Source of the DNA: Porticoccaceae bacterium
Lineage (GTDB): Bacteria > Pseudomonadota > Gammaproteobacteria > Pseudomonadales > Porticoccaceae
Assembly: GCA_018664075.1 (NCBI GenBank)
Contig: JABJOY010000074.1
Coordinates: 241-64,240, forward strand
Direction of reading: 5' to 3'
DNA length: 64,000 nt
Shown: one piece after another, positions 1 through 11,415 of the stretch
Position numbering within the stretch: the first letter of the stretch is position 1
How the letters are laid out: the number at the start of each line of letters is the position of its first letter
Notes under the pieces: model-generated
What the model saw: the letters and a program-made list of their open reading frames with translations, nothing else
Database searches by the model: none
Told to the model about the DNA's origin: nothing
Translations under genes and position numbers: made by a program

Positions 1-2562
1 AGAAACCTCTTCACCATCTACCGAGACGCAGACGCCATCTCCTGTTACAACACCGAGTTTTTCTGCCACTACTGCCCCCAAAGCAATGCAGGCATAGCCA
101 GCCAACTCCGCAATCTCATCAGTGTTCACTGACAGCTCGTCAGAGCCGTGGACTCTATGCACAGGGATTAATTGCCATTGATGAGGCTGCATCTCCATTG
201 TCGACTTGGGAGCTTTAGCCACAGCACCCTTGGACGTTGAAACAATAAGACGCTGGCCCGCAGTGCCGCCTTTTAAAGGACCATCGACTTCCGCCTGGAA
301 TTTTTGCAGGGACTGATTAGAGTTCCAGCCCGGCGACCAGACATAGGGCCGCAGCGACGACGGCTGGTCGCGATTGAGCCCCTCCATGCTGTAGGACAAT
401 GCTGTCTCCGTATCTTTGGGTTGCTGGGGTTCATGAACAGAGACCGCGGCATTCATTGCCGTGCGGCCACTGTATCTGTGAGTCTGGCGTGGAATCTTTA
501 GCCCGCGATTGCGGAAGCTATGGTCTGGTGCAGCATCAATCAAACCAGACAGATCAGACTGTGTCTCGGCACAGGCGGCCACCACCTGATCAAAATGCTG
601 TAATTTGGATAATGATTTATGGCCAGTCTCAGTGGCCAGCTTCAACAGCCATTGCCAGCTGGCCAGGCGCTCTGCGGCGGGCTCAAAGACCGGGAAATAA
701 CGCTGGGCGCGGCCTTCCATATTAACTAGCGTGCCCTCAGACTCAGCATAGGAGGCAGCGGGTAAAACCATATCCGCTGCACCCAAAGTATTGTTCTCAA
801 GCACGTCCATGGCAATCACCTGGGTGCCCTGGGCTGTTAGCAGATCCAGCTGTTGCGCATCCAGGCGCCGTTCAAGATCATTCTCCATCACTAGCAGAAC
901 ATCAATATCAGCAACTGCGCCCACAAGCTGGGATAATGTTTTGCTGCCCTTGTTGAGCATCGCCGAACCCAGACTATTAGCCTCCGGCACACAGAGGCTA
1001 AGCATCACATTAGTCTCCTTGGTGAACAGAGCTTCGGCAACCGCAACTGCGCCATTAATAATGCCCCGGTGTTGCATGCTGGTGCCGCTGACAATCAGGG
1101 GATTCTTCGCCTGCTGCAAAATACTGGCAACCTGCTTGGCCTGCTTATCGGTAACCGCCTCGCCCGCCATTGCTTCAACCACAGACACCGCAAACTCGGC
1201 AATCTGGTCCGGGGCCAGAGAAATAAATTGGCTGGCAACATCATCCAGCCTGGTATCCATAGCAGAGACAATAATCATCGGTGAGAGCTGATCCTGAGCC
1301 AGATTGCGCACTGCTGCATCCTGCCACTGGGGCAGACCTATCTGCTCAGCCAACGCAAAGGATTTATTGCGCAGAGCCTGGCGCATTGCCAATGCTGCTC
1401 TGGGTGCTGTATTGGTTACATCTTCCCCTAACACCAAAATGGCATCTGCCGTTTCCATCTGTTTAATCGTCGGATTGCTGGCTTTACTGGTTTTTAAAAC
1501 CTTTAACACTGCCGCCATTAAGTCGCTGTCAGTGTCAGAGAAACCAGAGTAAAAATTCTCAGTGCCCACCAACTCACGGAGCAGATAATTGGCCTCCATC
1601 GATGCCCTTGGCGACCCAATGCCGGCAACTTTTTTACCCTGCATCCAACCCGCGGCTGTCGTCAGAGCCTGCTGTTGATGCACCGCCATAAAACTGCCAT
1701 CTGGTTTTTTAATACCGGCATAATCAAGGCGAGCATCTGAATTGATATAGCCGCTGCCAAAGCGCCCACGGTCGCAAAGAAAATACCCATTGACCTCATG
1801 GTTATATCTATTGTGCACACGCTTTAGTTTGCCGTAGCGCTCCCCCGGGGCTGTGTTACAACCCACTGCACAGCCAGTACAAATTGATGGCGCTGACTGT
1901 AGATCCCATTTGCGGCTGTACTGTTTTAGAAAGGGTTTATCGGTAAATACACCTGTGGGACAGACCTCAACCAGATTGCCACTAAACTCATTTTCCAGAA
2001 CACCCTCTTCATGACGCCCAAAATACAGGTGGTCATGGGACGCCTGGGCACCCAGATCGCGGCCCCCGGCATAGTCTTTGTAATAACGCTCACATCTATA
2101 GCAGGTGATACAGCGATTCATTTCATGGTGAATAAGTGGCCCGAGATACTGATTGCGGTAGGTGTTCTTCTGGCCCTTGTACCTGCGATCCCTGTGCCCC
2201 ACCATTACCGTCATATCTTGCAGGTGGCACTCACCACCCTCGGCGCATACCGGGCAGTCATGGGGATGATTTAACATCAGCGACTCAACCACAGCTTCAC
2301 GGAACTCGGTAGCGTTTTCTGCCTTGAGGGAAAATCGTGCGCCCTCTGTCACCCCAGTCATACAACCCATCACTATACGGCCGCTGGTGTCCTCTTCATT
2401 TTGATATTGCACCAGAGCACATTGGCGACAGGAACCAATAGAACCCATGGCCGGGTGCCAGCAGAAGTAGGGTAAATCCAATCCAGCATTAAGACAGGCT
2501 TCGAGAATGTTCTCACCGTCGTTAACCTGAAGTTCCTGACCATCTACAAATATAGTTGGCAT
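1..2562 (-). CDS. nuoG: NADH-quinone oxidoreductase subunit G (3' end runs off the window)
   Basis: Hand translation from ATG at 2562: MPTIFVDGQELQV..PYFCWHPAMGSIGSCRQC, HPHDCPVCAEGGECHLQD, N7 motif CTGCAVGC..LCDRGRFG. Same frame still open at base 1, which explains its absence from the ORF track. Follows nuoF. Confidence 0.96.
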   Translation of the reverse strand, partial: MPTIFVDGQELQVNDGENILEACLNAGLDLPYFCWHPAMGSIGSCRQCALVQYQNEEDTSGRIVMGCMTGVTEGARFSLKAENATEFREAVVESLMLNHPHDCPVCAEGGECHLQDMTVMVGHRDRRYKGQKNTYRNQYLGPLIHHEMNRCITCYRCERYYKDYAGGRDLGAQASHDHLYFGRHEEGVLENEFSGNLVEVCPTGVFTDKPFLKQYSRKWDLQSAPSICTGCAVGCNTAPGERYGKLKRVHNRYNHEVNGYFLCDRGRFGSGYINSDARLDYAGIKKPDGSFMAVHQQQALTTAAGWMQGKKVAGIGSPRASMEANYLLRELVGTENFYSGFSDTDSDLMAAVLKVLKTSKASNPTIKQMETADAILVLGEDVTNTAPRAALAMRQALRNKSFALAEQIGLPQWQDAAVRNLAQDQLSPMIIVSAMDTRLDDVASQFISLAPDQIAEFAVSVVEAMAGEAVTDKQAKQVASILQQAKNPLIVSGTSMQHRGIINGAVAVAEALFTKETNVMLSLCVPEANSLGSAMLNKGSKTLSQLVGAVADIDVLLVMENDLERRLDAQQLDLLTAQGTQVIAMDVLENNTLGAADMVLPAASYAESEGTLVNMEGRAQRYFPVFEPAAERLASWQWLLKLATETGHKSLSKLQHFDQVVAACAETQSDLSGLIDAAPDHSFRNRGLKIPRQTHRYSGRTAMNAAVSVHEPQQPKDTETALSYSMEGLNRDQPSSLRPYVWSPGWNSNQSLQKFQAEVDGPLKGGTAGQRLIVSTSKGAVAKAPKSTMEMQPHQWQLIPVHRVHGSDELSVNTDEIAELAGYACIALGAVVAEKLGVVTGDGVCVSVDGEEVS

Positions 2563-2575
2563 AATTTACACTCGT

Positions 2576-3856
2576 TTAATGATAGGGGCAGCGGCCAGTG
2601 CTGATATGCTGCTTAAAGTCATCGTAAAAATATTTTAAAGCGCTCTGCAGAGGCTCCATGGCTCCAGGGGCCAGCGCACAATGGGTGTTGCCAATAGCGC
2701 CTATATAGCGAACCTGATAGGCCAGTGTCTCCAGGTCTTCAGGCTGACCGCGGCCCTCTTCAATATCCTGCAACACCTGTCTCGACCAAGGGAGACCATC
2801 CCGGCAAGGAGTGCAAAAACCACAGGACTCATGGGCAAAGAAGCGAATTAGATTCAGCACCATGCCCACAGGACAGGTCCGATCATCGAGAATAATCATG
2901 GTACCTGTACCCATGCGACTGCCAGCGGCACCAATCACGTTGTAGTCCATGGCCAGATCTAAATGTTCCGCAGTGAGAAAATCTGTGGAGCCACCGCCAG
3001 GCAAAAAACCCTTCAGCTGATAGCCGTCCTGCATACCACCAGCATGCTGCTCAATAATCTCGCGAATGGGCGTACCCATGGGCAGCTCCCAGCACCCTGG
3101 ATTATTAACCTTGCCACTGACACCAAAAAGCTTGGTGCCGGCATCTTCACCCACACCCAAAGTCTTAAACCAATCCGCACCGCGATCAATAATATGGGGG
3201 ATATTGCACAGGGTTTCGACATTGTTAACGATGGTGGGACGCCCCCAGAGACCGCTGACCTGAGGGAATGGTGGCTTGGCTCTGGGGTTGGCGCGCTTGC
3301 CCTCAAGGGCATTGATCAGAGCAGTCTCCTCACCGCAAATATAACGACCGGCACTTGGGTGCACATGCATATGAAGGCTGTAGCCGCTGCCAAGAATATT
3401 GTCCCCCAGCAGTCCGGCGCTGTAGCATTCTGCCAGGGCATCACGCAGCCGCTGGATGGCGACAATATATTCGCCTCGAATAAAGATATAGGAAATATCC
3501 GCACCTATGGTGTAAGCCGCCAGAATCATGCCCTCAATCAGCTGGTGAGGATCACATTCCATCAGCAGACGATCCTTGAAAGTGCCGGGCTCCATCTCGT
3601 CGGCATTGCACACCAGATATCTGTGCCCAGGAGTAGATTTATCTGCCGCGGGAACAAAACTCCACTTCATGCCAGTGGGGAAACCTGCACCACCGCGGCC
3701 ACGCAAATTAGATGCGCTGATCACATCCTGGCAATCTTTAGGGGACATTTCCGCCATGGCTTTGCGCAGCCCCTGATAACCACCATTGGCTTCATAGGCT
3801 TTTAAATCTGTTGGCTTTTGTTCGAGGCCAATATTGCGAGTCAGCACTTTTTCCAT
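2576..3856 (-). CDS. nuoF: NADH-quinone oxidoreductase subunit F
   Basis: GRGGAGFPTG, CNADEMEPGTFKDR, YICGEETAL, ESCGFCTPCRDG motifs. Confidence 0.98.
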   Translation of the reverse strand: MEKVLTRNIGLEQKPTDLKAYEANGGYQGLRKAMAEMSPKDCQDVISASNLRGRGGAGFPTGMKWSFVPAADKSTPGHRYLVCNADEMEPGTFKDRLLMECDPHQLIEGMILAAYTIGADISYIFIRGEYIVAIQRLRDALAECYSAGLLGDNILGSGYSLHMHVHPSAGRYICGEETALINALEGKRANPRAKPPFPQVSGLWGRPTIVNNVETLCNIPHIIDRGADWFKTLGVGEDAGTKLFGVSGKVNNPGCWELPMGTPIREIIEQHAGGMQDGYQLKGFLPGGGSTDFLTAEHLDLAMDYNVIGAAGSRMGTGTMIILDDRTCPVGMVLNLIRFFAHESCGFCTPCRDGLPWSRQVLQDIEEGRGQPEDLETLAYQVRYIGAIGNTHCALAPGAMEPLQSALKYFYDDFKQHISTGRCPYH

Positions 3857-4374
3857 TACTGATCACCTCCGGTTTTTGCATCCCCAAACAGGGCTTTAAC
3901 CTGAGCTTCATCAATATGGGTAACCAAGTCATCCCCCACCATCATCACCGGCGCGCGATCACAGGCACCGAGACAGGGAACCGGCAATAATGTGTATTGG
4001 TTATCTGCCGTGGTCTCGCCGTAGTCCACACCCAGCGCAGCAGAAATTTTTTCTTTGATATCGTCGCAGCCACAGATCCAGCAACTGACGCTGTCGCAGA
4101 ACAAAATAACTTTTTCACCCACTGGGCGGCGGTAAATTAAATTGTAAAACGTAGCCACACCCTCAAGCTCTTCCGCTGACATTTCCAGACGCCGGGCAAT
4201 AGCCTGAAGGCATTCATCGGACACCCAGCCCCGCTTGGCCTGAACAATTTTTAATGCGTCTATCGCAGCTCCCGACTTGTAGGGGACATGGCCCAGCTCC
4301 GCATCTATCTCGGCAATCTCCTGGGCTGTCAGCACAGAATCCAGATCAGTTTGAATCATCTGTGGTTTGCTCAT
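3856..4374 (-). CDS. nuoE: NADH-quinone oxidoreductase subunit E
   Basis: 2Fe-2S ligands CDSVSC and CLGACD; GVATFY motif; operon position. Confidence 0.97.
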   Translation of the reverse strand: MSKPQMIQTDLDSVLTAQEIAEIDAELGHVPYKSGAAIDALKIVQAKRGWVSDECLQAIARRLEMSAEELEGVATFYNLIYRRPVGEKVILFCDSVSCWICGCDDIKEKISAALGVDYGETTADNQYTLLPVPCLGACDRAPVMMVGDDLVTHIDEAQVKALFGDAKTGGDQ

Positions 4375-6122
4375 CGGTCTACATCCGCCATAACAAAGTC
4401 AATACTCGCAATAATGGCAATCAAATCCGGAATCATCAGACCTTTGCTGATCAACGGGATCTGCTGCAGATGGGGAAATGATGGTGTGCGAATTCTGGTG
4501 CGATAGGAGTTAGTGCTGCGATCGCTAATCAGGTGATAACTGTTGATACCTTTGGTGGCTTCAATCATTACCGAGGCCTCACCTTCAGGAATAACCGGCC
4601 CCCAACTGACATTTAAAAAATGATGGATCAGGGTTTCGATATCTTCCATGGTCTGTTCTTTGGGTGGCGGTGTGGTCGCCGAATGATCACTTTTGTAGGG
4701 CCCGCTGGGCATATTATCCACGCACTGACGAATAATTCTCAGGCTCTGTCGCATCTCCTCAATGCGCAGTGCAGCCCGGTCATAGCAGTCGCCATTGGTT
4801 GCTGTTGGCACATCAAACTCAAACTGGTCGTAACCGCCATAGGGGCGCTTTTTGCGCACATCCCAATCACTGCCGGTGGCCCGCAAACCCGGGCCGGTGA
4901 TACCCCAATCCAGTGCCTCCTGCTTGGTGTACACACCTATGCCTACGGTACGATCCTTGAGCATTTCATTTTGCATTGCCATCTTGTCGTAATGATCCAG
5001 GCGCCCAGGGAGATAATCGAGAAACTCACGGATCATGCGATCCCAGCCATCGGGCAAGTCCTGAGCCACGCCACCTATACGGAACCAGGCCGGATGCATG
5101 CGGCCACCAGTGATAGCTTCGACAATACCAAACAGTTTTTCACGGTCGACAAACATATAAAACACCGGCGACATCTGCCCAACATCTTGGACAAAGGTGC
5201 CGTAAAAAACCAAATGACTGGAGATGCGGAAAAGCTCCGCCAGCATAATTCGAATGACTTTGGCCCGCTCCGGCACCTCGATACCCGCAAGCATTTCCAC
5301 CGACTGGATATAGGCTAGATTGTTCATCACCCCACCGAGATAATCGATGCGGTCAGTGTAGGGAATATAGGTGTGCCAGGTCTGGCGCTCGGCCATCTTC
5401 TCAGCGCCCCGGTGGTGATAACCAATGTCGGGCACTGAGTCCATGATCACCTCACCATCCAGCTGCAGTGCAATTCTAAATACCCCGTGTACACTGGGAT
5501 GGTTGGGACCCAGATTCAGGAACATAAATTCACTGTCATCACTGGCCGCCTTCATACCCCAGTCTTCAGGCCGAAAACGCAATGCCTCCTGCTCACGGGC
5601 GACGCGCTCCGAGCCCATTTCGAACTCGCCCATCTCGGTGGCACGGGCGGGATGGTCCTTGCGCAGGGCATGGCCCTCCCAGGTTGGCGGCAACAGAATA
5701 CGGAACAGATTGGGGTGACCAGCAAACAGCACGCCGAACATATCCCAGGCCTCCCGCTCATACCAATTGGCATTGGGCCAAATCGAAATAATGCTGGGGA
5801 TATTTAGATCGGACTCTGACAGGGCAACCTTGATACGCAGGTCTTCATTGCGCTCCATGGAAAGCAATTGATAGACGACGGTAAAATCGGAATCCGGCTG
5901 ACCCTGACGATGTTCTCTAGTGCGCTCATCAATCGCGAATAGGTCATAGAGCATGGAAAAACTGGGTTTAAGGAATTGCAAAACCTCGACTAAACGATCG
6001 CGGCCTACCCACAATGTAGGAATCTTGTCTACATTGTACTGGGCAACAAATAGATCCTGCCCGAACTGTCGGTACAGGTTCTCTTCCATCTGGTTATTAG
6101 CCAGATCTTCGGCCGCTTGCAT
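4371..6122 (-). CDS. nuoCD: NADH-quinone oxidoreductase fused subunit C/D
   Basis: NuoC part ([20 protein letters not shown]) fused to NuoD part ([30 protein letters not shown]). Confidence 0.97.
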   Translation of the reverse strand: MQAAEDLANNQMEENLYRQFGQDLFVAQYNVDKIPTLWVGRDRLVEVLQFLKPSFSMLYDLFAIDERTREHRQGQPDSDFTVVYQLLSMERNEDLRIKVALSESDLNIPSIISIWPNANWYEREAWDMFGVLFAGHPNLFRILLPPTWEGHALRKDHPARATEMGEFEMGSERVAREQEALRFRPEDWGMKAASDDSEFMFLNLGPNHPSVHGVFRIALQLDGEVIMDSVPDIGYHHRGAEKMAERQTWHTYIPYTDRIDYLGGVMNNLAYIQSVEMLAGIEVPERAKVIRIMLAELFRISSHLVFYGTFVQDVGQMSPVFYMFVDREKLFGIVEAITGGRMHPAWFRIGGVAQDLPDGWDRMIREFLDYLPGRLDHYDKMAMQNEMLKDRTVGIGVYTKQEALDWGITGPGLRATGSDWDVRKKRPYGGYDQFEFDVPTATNGDCYDRAALRIEEMRQSLRIIRQCVDNMPSGPYKSDHSATTPPPKEQTMEDIETLIHHFLNVSWGPVIPEGEASVMIEATKGINSYHLISDRSTNSYRTRIRTPSFPHLQQIPLISKGLMIPDLIAIIASIDFVMADVDR

Positions 6123-6153
6123 TTAAACCCCTTAGATTTTTATAGAAATATCC

Positions 6154-6786
6154 CTAGATGTTTTTTGGTTCCCTTAATTCTGTCGCCTGAATTCTCTCAG
6201 CAGTTAGCTGGTCACGCTTACTTATTTTTTCTGGTTTAACCACAGTCTGGTCACCAGCAGCCCAGGTAATGGGCCTTCGCTCTTTACCAATTGATTCCTG
6301 AAGCATAAGCAAACCCTGCATCAAAGCCTCAGGGCGAGGGGGACAGCCCGGCACATAGACATCCACCGGAATAAATTTATCCACCCCCTGCACCACAGAA
6401 TAAATATCGTACATGCCACCGGAATTGGCGCAGGAACCCATGGAAATAATCCAGCGTGGCTCCAACAGTTGTTCATAAAGTCGCTGCACCACAGGGGCCA
6501 TTTTTAAGAAACAGGTTCCAGAGATAACCATTAAATCTGCCTGCCTTGGTGTAGCCCGAATCACCTCAGAGCCAAAACGCGCAATATCATGTCGACTAGT
6601 AAATGAAGTCGCCATCTCCACATAGCAACAGGACAGTCCAAAATTAAACGGCCACAGAGAATGGGCGCGGCCCCAGGCAATCAGATCTTCCAGCTTGGCA
6701 AAAGCCACATTGCGCTTGACCTGCTCCTCAACAAAATCATCACTGAGCTGATTACCCTCTTCCGGTCTGCTTAAACTCCACTTCAT
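6154..6786 (-). CDS. nuoB: NADH-quinone oxidoreductase subunit B
   Basis: [32 protein letters not shown]. Confidence 0.98.
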   Translation of the reverse strand: MKWSLSRPEEGNQLSDDFVEEQVKRNVAFAKLEDLIAWGRAHSLWPFNFGLSCCYVEMATSFTSRHDIARFGSEVIRATPRQADLMVISGTCFLKMAPVVQRLYEQLLEPRWIISMGSCANSGGMYDIYSVVQGVDKFIPVDVYVPGCPPRPEALMQGLLMLQESIGKERRPITWAAGDQTVVKPEKISKRDQLTAERIQATELREPKNI

Positions 6787-7217
6787 AGGTTTTCTCCAGC
6801 AGACTCTGATTCTTTTTTCTGGGCCTCAGGTAGTCCGACACGCACCTTGTTGCCCCAGTCCAGCGCACCAGAGCGCCATTCATAAATTAACGCCAGAACA
6901 AGAATGCCAATAAACACCAGCATTGCCAGATAACCCTCCCAGCCCAATTCAAAGAAGGCGATAGCCCAGGCAAAGATAAACACAGTTTCCAAATCGAAGA
7001 TCACAAAGAAAATTGCGACCAGATAAAACTCCACCGATATGCGCACCTGGGAATTGCCCACAGAGACAATGCCGGATTCAAAAGGATCGTTGGTTGCAGC
7101 CTCGCGACGGCGCTGCCCAAGCAGCCAAGACAGCACTAGCATAGTTACTACCAGCAAGATAACCATGCCGAAGTAAACTGCCAGAGGCCAGATCTCAGTA
7201 GAGTACTCGTTAACCAT
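6783..7217 (-). CDS. nuoA: NADH-quinone oxidoreductase subunit A
   Basis: Three TM segments; [28 protein letters not shown]. Confidence 0.97.
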   Translation of the reverse strand: MVNEYSTEIWPLAVYFGMVILLVVTMLVLSWLLGQRRREAATNDPFESGIVSVGNSQVRISVEFYLVAIFFVIFDLETVFIFAWAIAFFELGWEGYLAMLVFIGILVLALIYEWRSGALDWGNKVRVGLPEAQKKESESAGENL

Positions 7218-7675
7218 TAACAGTCCTTACCGGTAAGATAAAAACACCGATGGACAGCAGTTAAAGAGAGAATATTTAGATTAAAAGAAAGGCATGCCAC
7301 CCTGGATAAGTGGCGCGTACAGCTTGAACGAATAATTTCCATATACATATATCGTGGCATAAATACCCCATACGTATCGGATTTCTATCGCCTGCAAAAA
7401 AACGTAACTGGCGAACAACCCGTCTGTTTTTATTCAGTGCTACAAAACGAAGGTACCTAAGTTACCTGATTTTCGCAAGGGGATTTAAACGCTTTTATTT
7501 TACCGAGGGGGCGTAATGACTTTTTTTAGATCAAAAAAGCATATTGGATAGGAGATAGATATTGTTGCTTTTTTACGGCCAAACCCTTGCACGATAAGGC
7601 CGCAATTAAAATATTACCCAATTAAAAAAACAACTGATAAACAAAGTTTTAAACTGAGAAATTTATTGATAAAAA

Positions 7676-8989
<1,314 letters not shown>

Positions 8990-9011
8990 TTACACCACCT
9001 GACCGCGGAGA

Positions 9012-10190
9012 TCAGGACAACTTATCAATAACATAATGACCGTCCCGCTCTACCAGCTGACGATCGCAATTTATCTCATTAAAATCTACTTTTTGTCCAG
9101 CAAAGCCCTGCACCACTCGGTTGCCCTGGCTGCGCAACAGCGCCACCTGACGCTGACATTCAGGATCACTGTTGGCGGGTACAAATATGCCACCCAGATT
9201 ATCTCTGCTGCCCTGCCCTTGAGTCACCAGAGATTTTAGGTCACAGGCAAACCCGGTGGCCGGGCGGGAGCGGCCAAAGGCCTCACCCACATGATCATAG
9301 CGCCCACCATTACCCAGTGCCTTGCCATAGCCCTGCACATAGGCGGCAAAAACCACCCCGGTGTGATAGTGATAGCCAGGCATTTCACCCAGATCCAAAT
9401 AGATGCTGACGCCGGTATCTTTAAGAACTGCAATAATATTTTCCAGCTGCGCAATTGCCTCGATAACCGCTGCAGGGGCACCGGCAAGGGCTGCTTTTGC
9501 TTTTGCCAGCACTTCGCCACTGCCAGCCAGACCGGGCAGTGCGTTTAACCAGCCAGCTAATTGGCTGTCGCCAATATTTGCATCGACCCATTGGCTCAGC
9601 TCACCGCTGGCTTTGCGCTGCAATAATTCAAATAGTTCAGTTTCCTGATCGCGGGTCAGATCGGCGCTGGCCAGCAGCCCGCGGAAAATATCCACATGAC
9701 CAAGATCCAGATGCACATTGGCAACACCTGAGGTCTTTAAAGTCTGTAAAAATAATTCAATAACTTCAATATCTGCCGCTAATGTGGCCTCGCCAAATAA
9801 CTCGACGCCCACAGAGATTGGTGTGCGCGACTCCAGCGGCCCCCTCGGGCGTGTGTGCAGAACTGTGCCTGCATAACAGAGTCGATTCGGGCCTTCGCGA
9901 CGCAGGCTGTGTGCATCCATACGGGCGGTCTGAGGAGTGATATCGGCGCGAATACCCATCATGCGCCCGCTGATCTGGTCAGTGACACGGAAGGTCATCA
10001 AATCCAAATCAGAGCCTGAACCACTTAGCAGGGATTCAGTAAATTCAACCATGGGAGGGATTACCAGGTCATAGCCCCAGTTGTGATAGAGATCCAGTAG
10101 CTGGCGGCGCAGATGCTCGACAACCTGTGCTTGCCCGGGCAGCACTTCATCGACGCCATCAGGCAACAACCAACGATCTACATTTTTCAC
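9012..10190 (-). CDS. hisZ: ATP phosphoribosyltransferase regulatory subunit
   Basis: WLLPDGVDE, GIRADITPQTAR, YHTGVVF, GGRYD; upstream of purA; GTG start. Confidence 0.95.
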   Translation of the reverse strand: MKNVDRWLLPDGVDEVLPGQAQVVEHLRRQLLDLYHNWGYDLVIPPMVEFTESLLSGSGSDLDLMTFRVTDQISGRMMGIRADITPQTARMDAHSLRREGPNRLCYAGTVLHTRPRGPLESRTPISVGVELFGEATLAADIEVIELFLQTLKTSGVANVHLDLGHVDIFRGLLASADLTRDQETELFELLQRKASGELSQWVDANIGDSQLAGWLNALPGLAGSGEVLAKAKAALAGAPAAVIEAIAQLENIIAVLKDTGVSIYLDLGEMPGYHYHTGVVFAAYVQGYGKALGNGGRYDHVGEAFGRSRPATGFACDLKSLVTQGQGSRDNLGGIFVPANSDPECQRQVALLRSQGNRVVQGFAGQKVDFNEINCDRQLVERDGHYVIDKLS

Positions 10191-10218
10191 AATAACCCCT
10201 TGTTAATATCGGGCCAGC

Positions 10219-10398
10219 TTAAAAAATCAGCAGGCAGAGCCCAATCAACATGCTAAACAAACCGATAAAACGCATGGACCTGTTGTCCACTTCGGCCAGA
10301 CTTGCGGCCATATCGCGCCATCGATTGGGCGACAAGAACGGTATAATACCTTCAAATACCAGCATCAATCCCACTGCTCTGCCAAGTTCTTCGAGCAT
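10219..10398 (-). CDS. DUF2065 (YjeT-like) small membrane protein, 59 aa; below the ORF-track cutoff
   Basis: Hand translation MLEELGRAVGLMLVFEGIIPFLSPNRWRDMAASLAEVDNRSMRFIGLFSMLIGLCLLIF*; AGGTG SD; usual position between hflC and hisZ/purA. Confidence 0.9.
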   Translation of the reverse strand: MLEELGRAVGLMLVFEGIIPFLSPNRWRDMAASLAEVDNRSMRFIGLFSMLIGLCLLIF

Positions 10399-10422
10399 CT
10401 GTGTTCACCTCAAATTCGGCAT

Positions 10423-10446
10423 AAAAAAACCGAGTCGCCCCGGTTT
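10423..10446 (-). terminator. Intrinsic terminator-like hairpin after hflC
   Basis: Minus strand AAACCGGG-GCGA-CTCGGTTT (GNRA loop) ending in a T7 run. Confidence 0.65.
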
Positions 10447-10450
10447 CCGA

Positions 10451-10480
10451 ATTCTAACAAAATAGCCCTCAATGTGGCAG
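10451..10480 (-). promoter_or_regulatory. Putative sigma70 promoter for DUF2065-hisZ-purA
   Basis: CTGCCA-18nt-TAGAAT with extended -10 TGn. Confidence 0.45.
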
Positions 10481-10545
10481 AGGTTTTTGCACTAATTGAT
10501 TGGATCAATAGTCCATCCACCCCTGCTACTCCAGATGAGCATAAT

Positions 10546-11415
10546 CTATCTGGAGTTTTGCTTATTGAGATATTTAAAGAAGTCACTGTCTGGCTCAACT
10601 AACAGAATGTCGCCTTTGTTGGCAAAGGCGTTCTTGTAAGCATTGAGGCTGCGCACAAAGGCATAGAACTCCGGATCTCTCTGGTAGGCGCCAGCATAGA
10701 TACTGGCCGCTTTTGCATCACCTTCACCACGCAGTTCTTCCGCATCTCTGTAGGCATTGGCCAGCTCAATAGTGCGCTCGCGATCTGCCGAGGCGCGAAT
10801 TTTCTCTGCTCGCTCCTTACCTGTTGAACGCAGCTCACGAGCTTCTTTCTCTCGCTCTGCGGTCATGCGCCGGAACACCTGACTGCTCACTTCCTGGGGC
10901 AAATCAATACGCTTGACGCGCACGTCGACCACTTCGATACCAAGACTATCCAATACTGAGCTGTTGAGGTCTTCAGTGATATTCTTCATCAGCAGGTCCC
11001 GCTCACCAGACACTACCTCGTGCAATGTACGCGTACCAAACTGGTTGCGCAGACCATTGTTAACACGATTGGCCAGGCGGTTGTGAGCCACAGACTCAAC
11101 ACCACCAGTAGCCTTGTAGTAGGTCTCTACATTGGCAATGCGCCATTTGGCATAGGAGTCTACAATCAGACGCTTCTTCTCAATGGTGAAGAAGCTCGCA
11201 GGCTGAGCATCAACGGTCAGAATTCGCGCATCAAAGATACGCACATCATCAACAAACGGGATTTTCACATGCAGACCCGGCTGAATATCCGCTTCAATCA
11301 GGCGACCGAACTGCAGTTTCACACCACGCTCAAATTCGCTGATCACATAAAGAGTGCTCTGCAGGCCAGCAAGGACAATTATCAGCAGACCAAATGTTTT
11401 AAATAAACTATTCAT
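10546..11415 (-). CDS. hflC: FtsH modulator HflC
   Basis: SPFH domain; EKKRLIVDSYAKWRI, RMTAEREKEA, DPEFYAFVRSL. Confidence 0.97.
   Translation of the reverse strand: MNSLFKTFGLLIIVLAGLQSTLYVISEFERGVKLQFGRLIEADIQPGLHVKIPFVDDVRIFDARILTVDAQPASFFTIEKKRLIVDSYAKWRIANVETYYKATGGVESVAHNRLANRVNNGLRNQFGTRTLHEVVSGERDLLMKNITEDLNSSVLDSLGIEVVDVRVKRIDLPQEVSSQVFRRMTAEREKEARELRSTGKERAEKIRASADRERTIELANAYRDAEELRGEGDAKAASIYAGAYQRDPEFYAFVRSLNAYKNAFANKGDILLVEPDSDFFKYLNKQNSR

Noticed and set aside
7516-7551. 11-codon ORF MTFFRSKKHIG with a GAGGGGG SD on the plus strand
   Set aside because: Too short, antisense to both neighbours, SD spacing only 4 nt; consistent with chance
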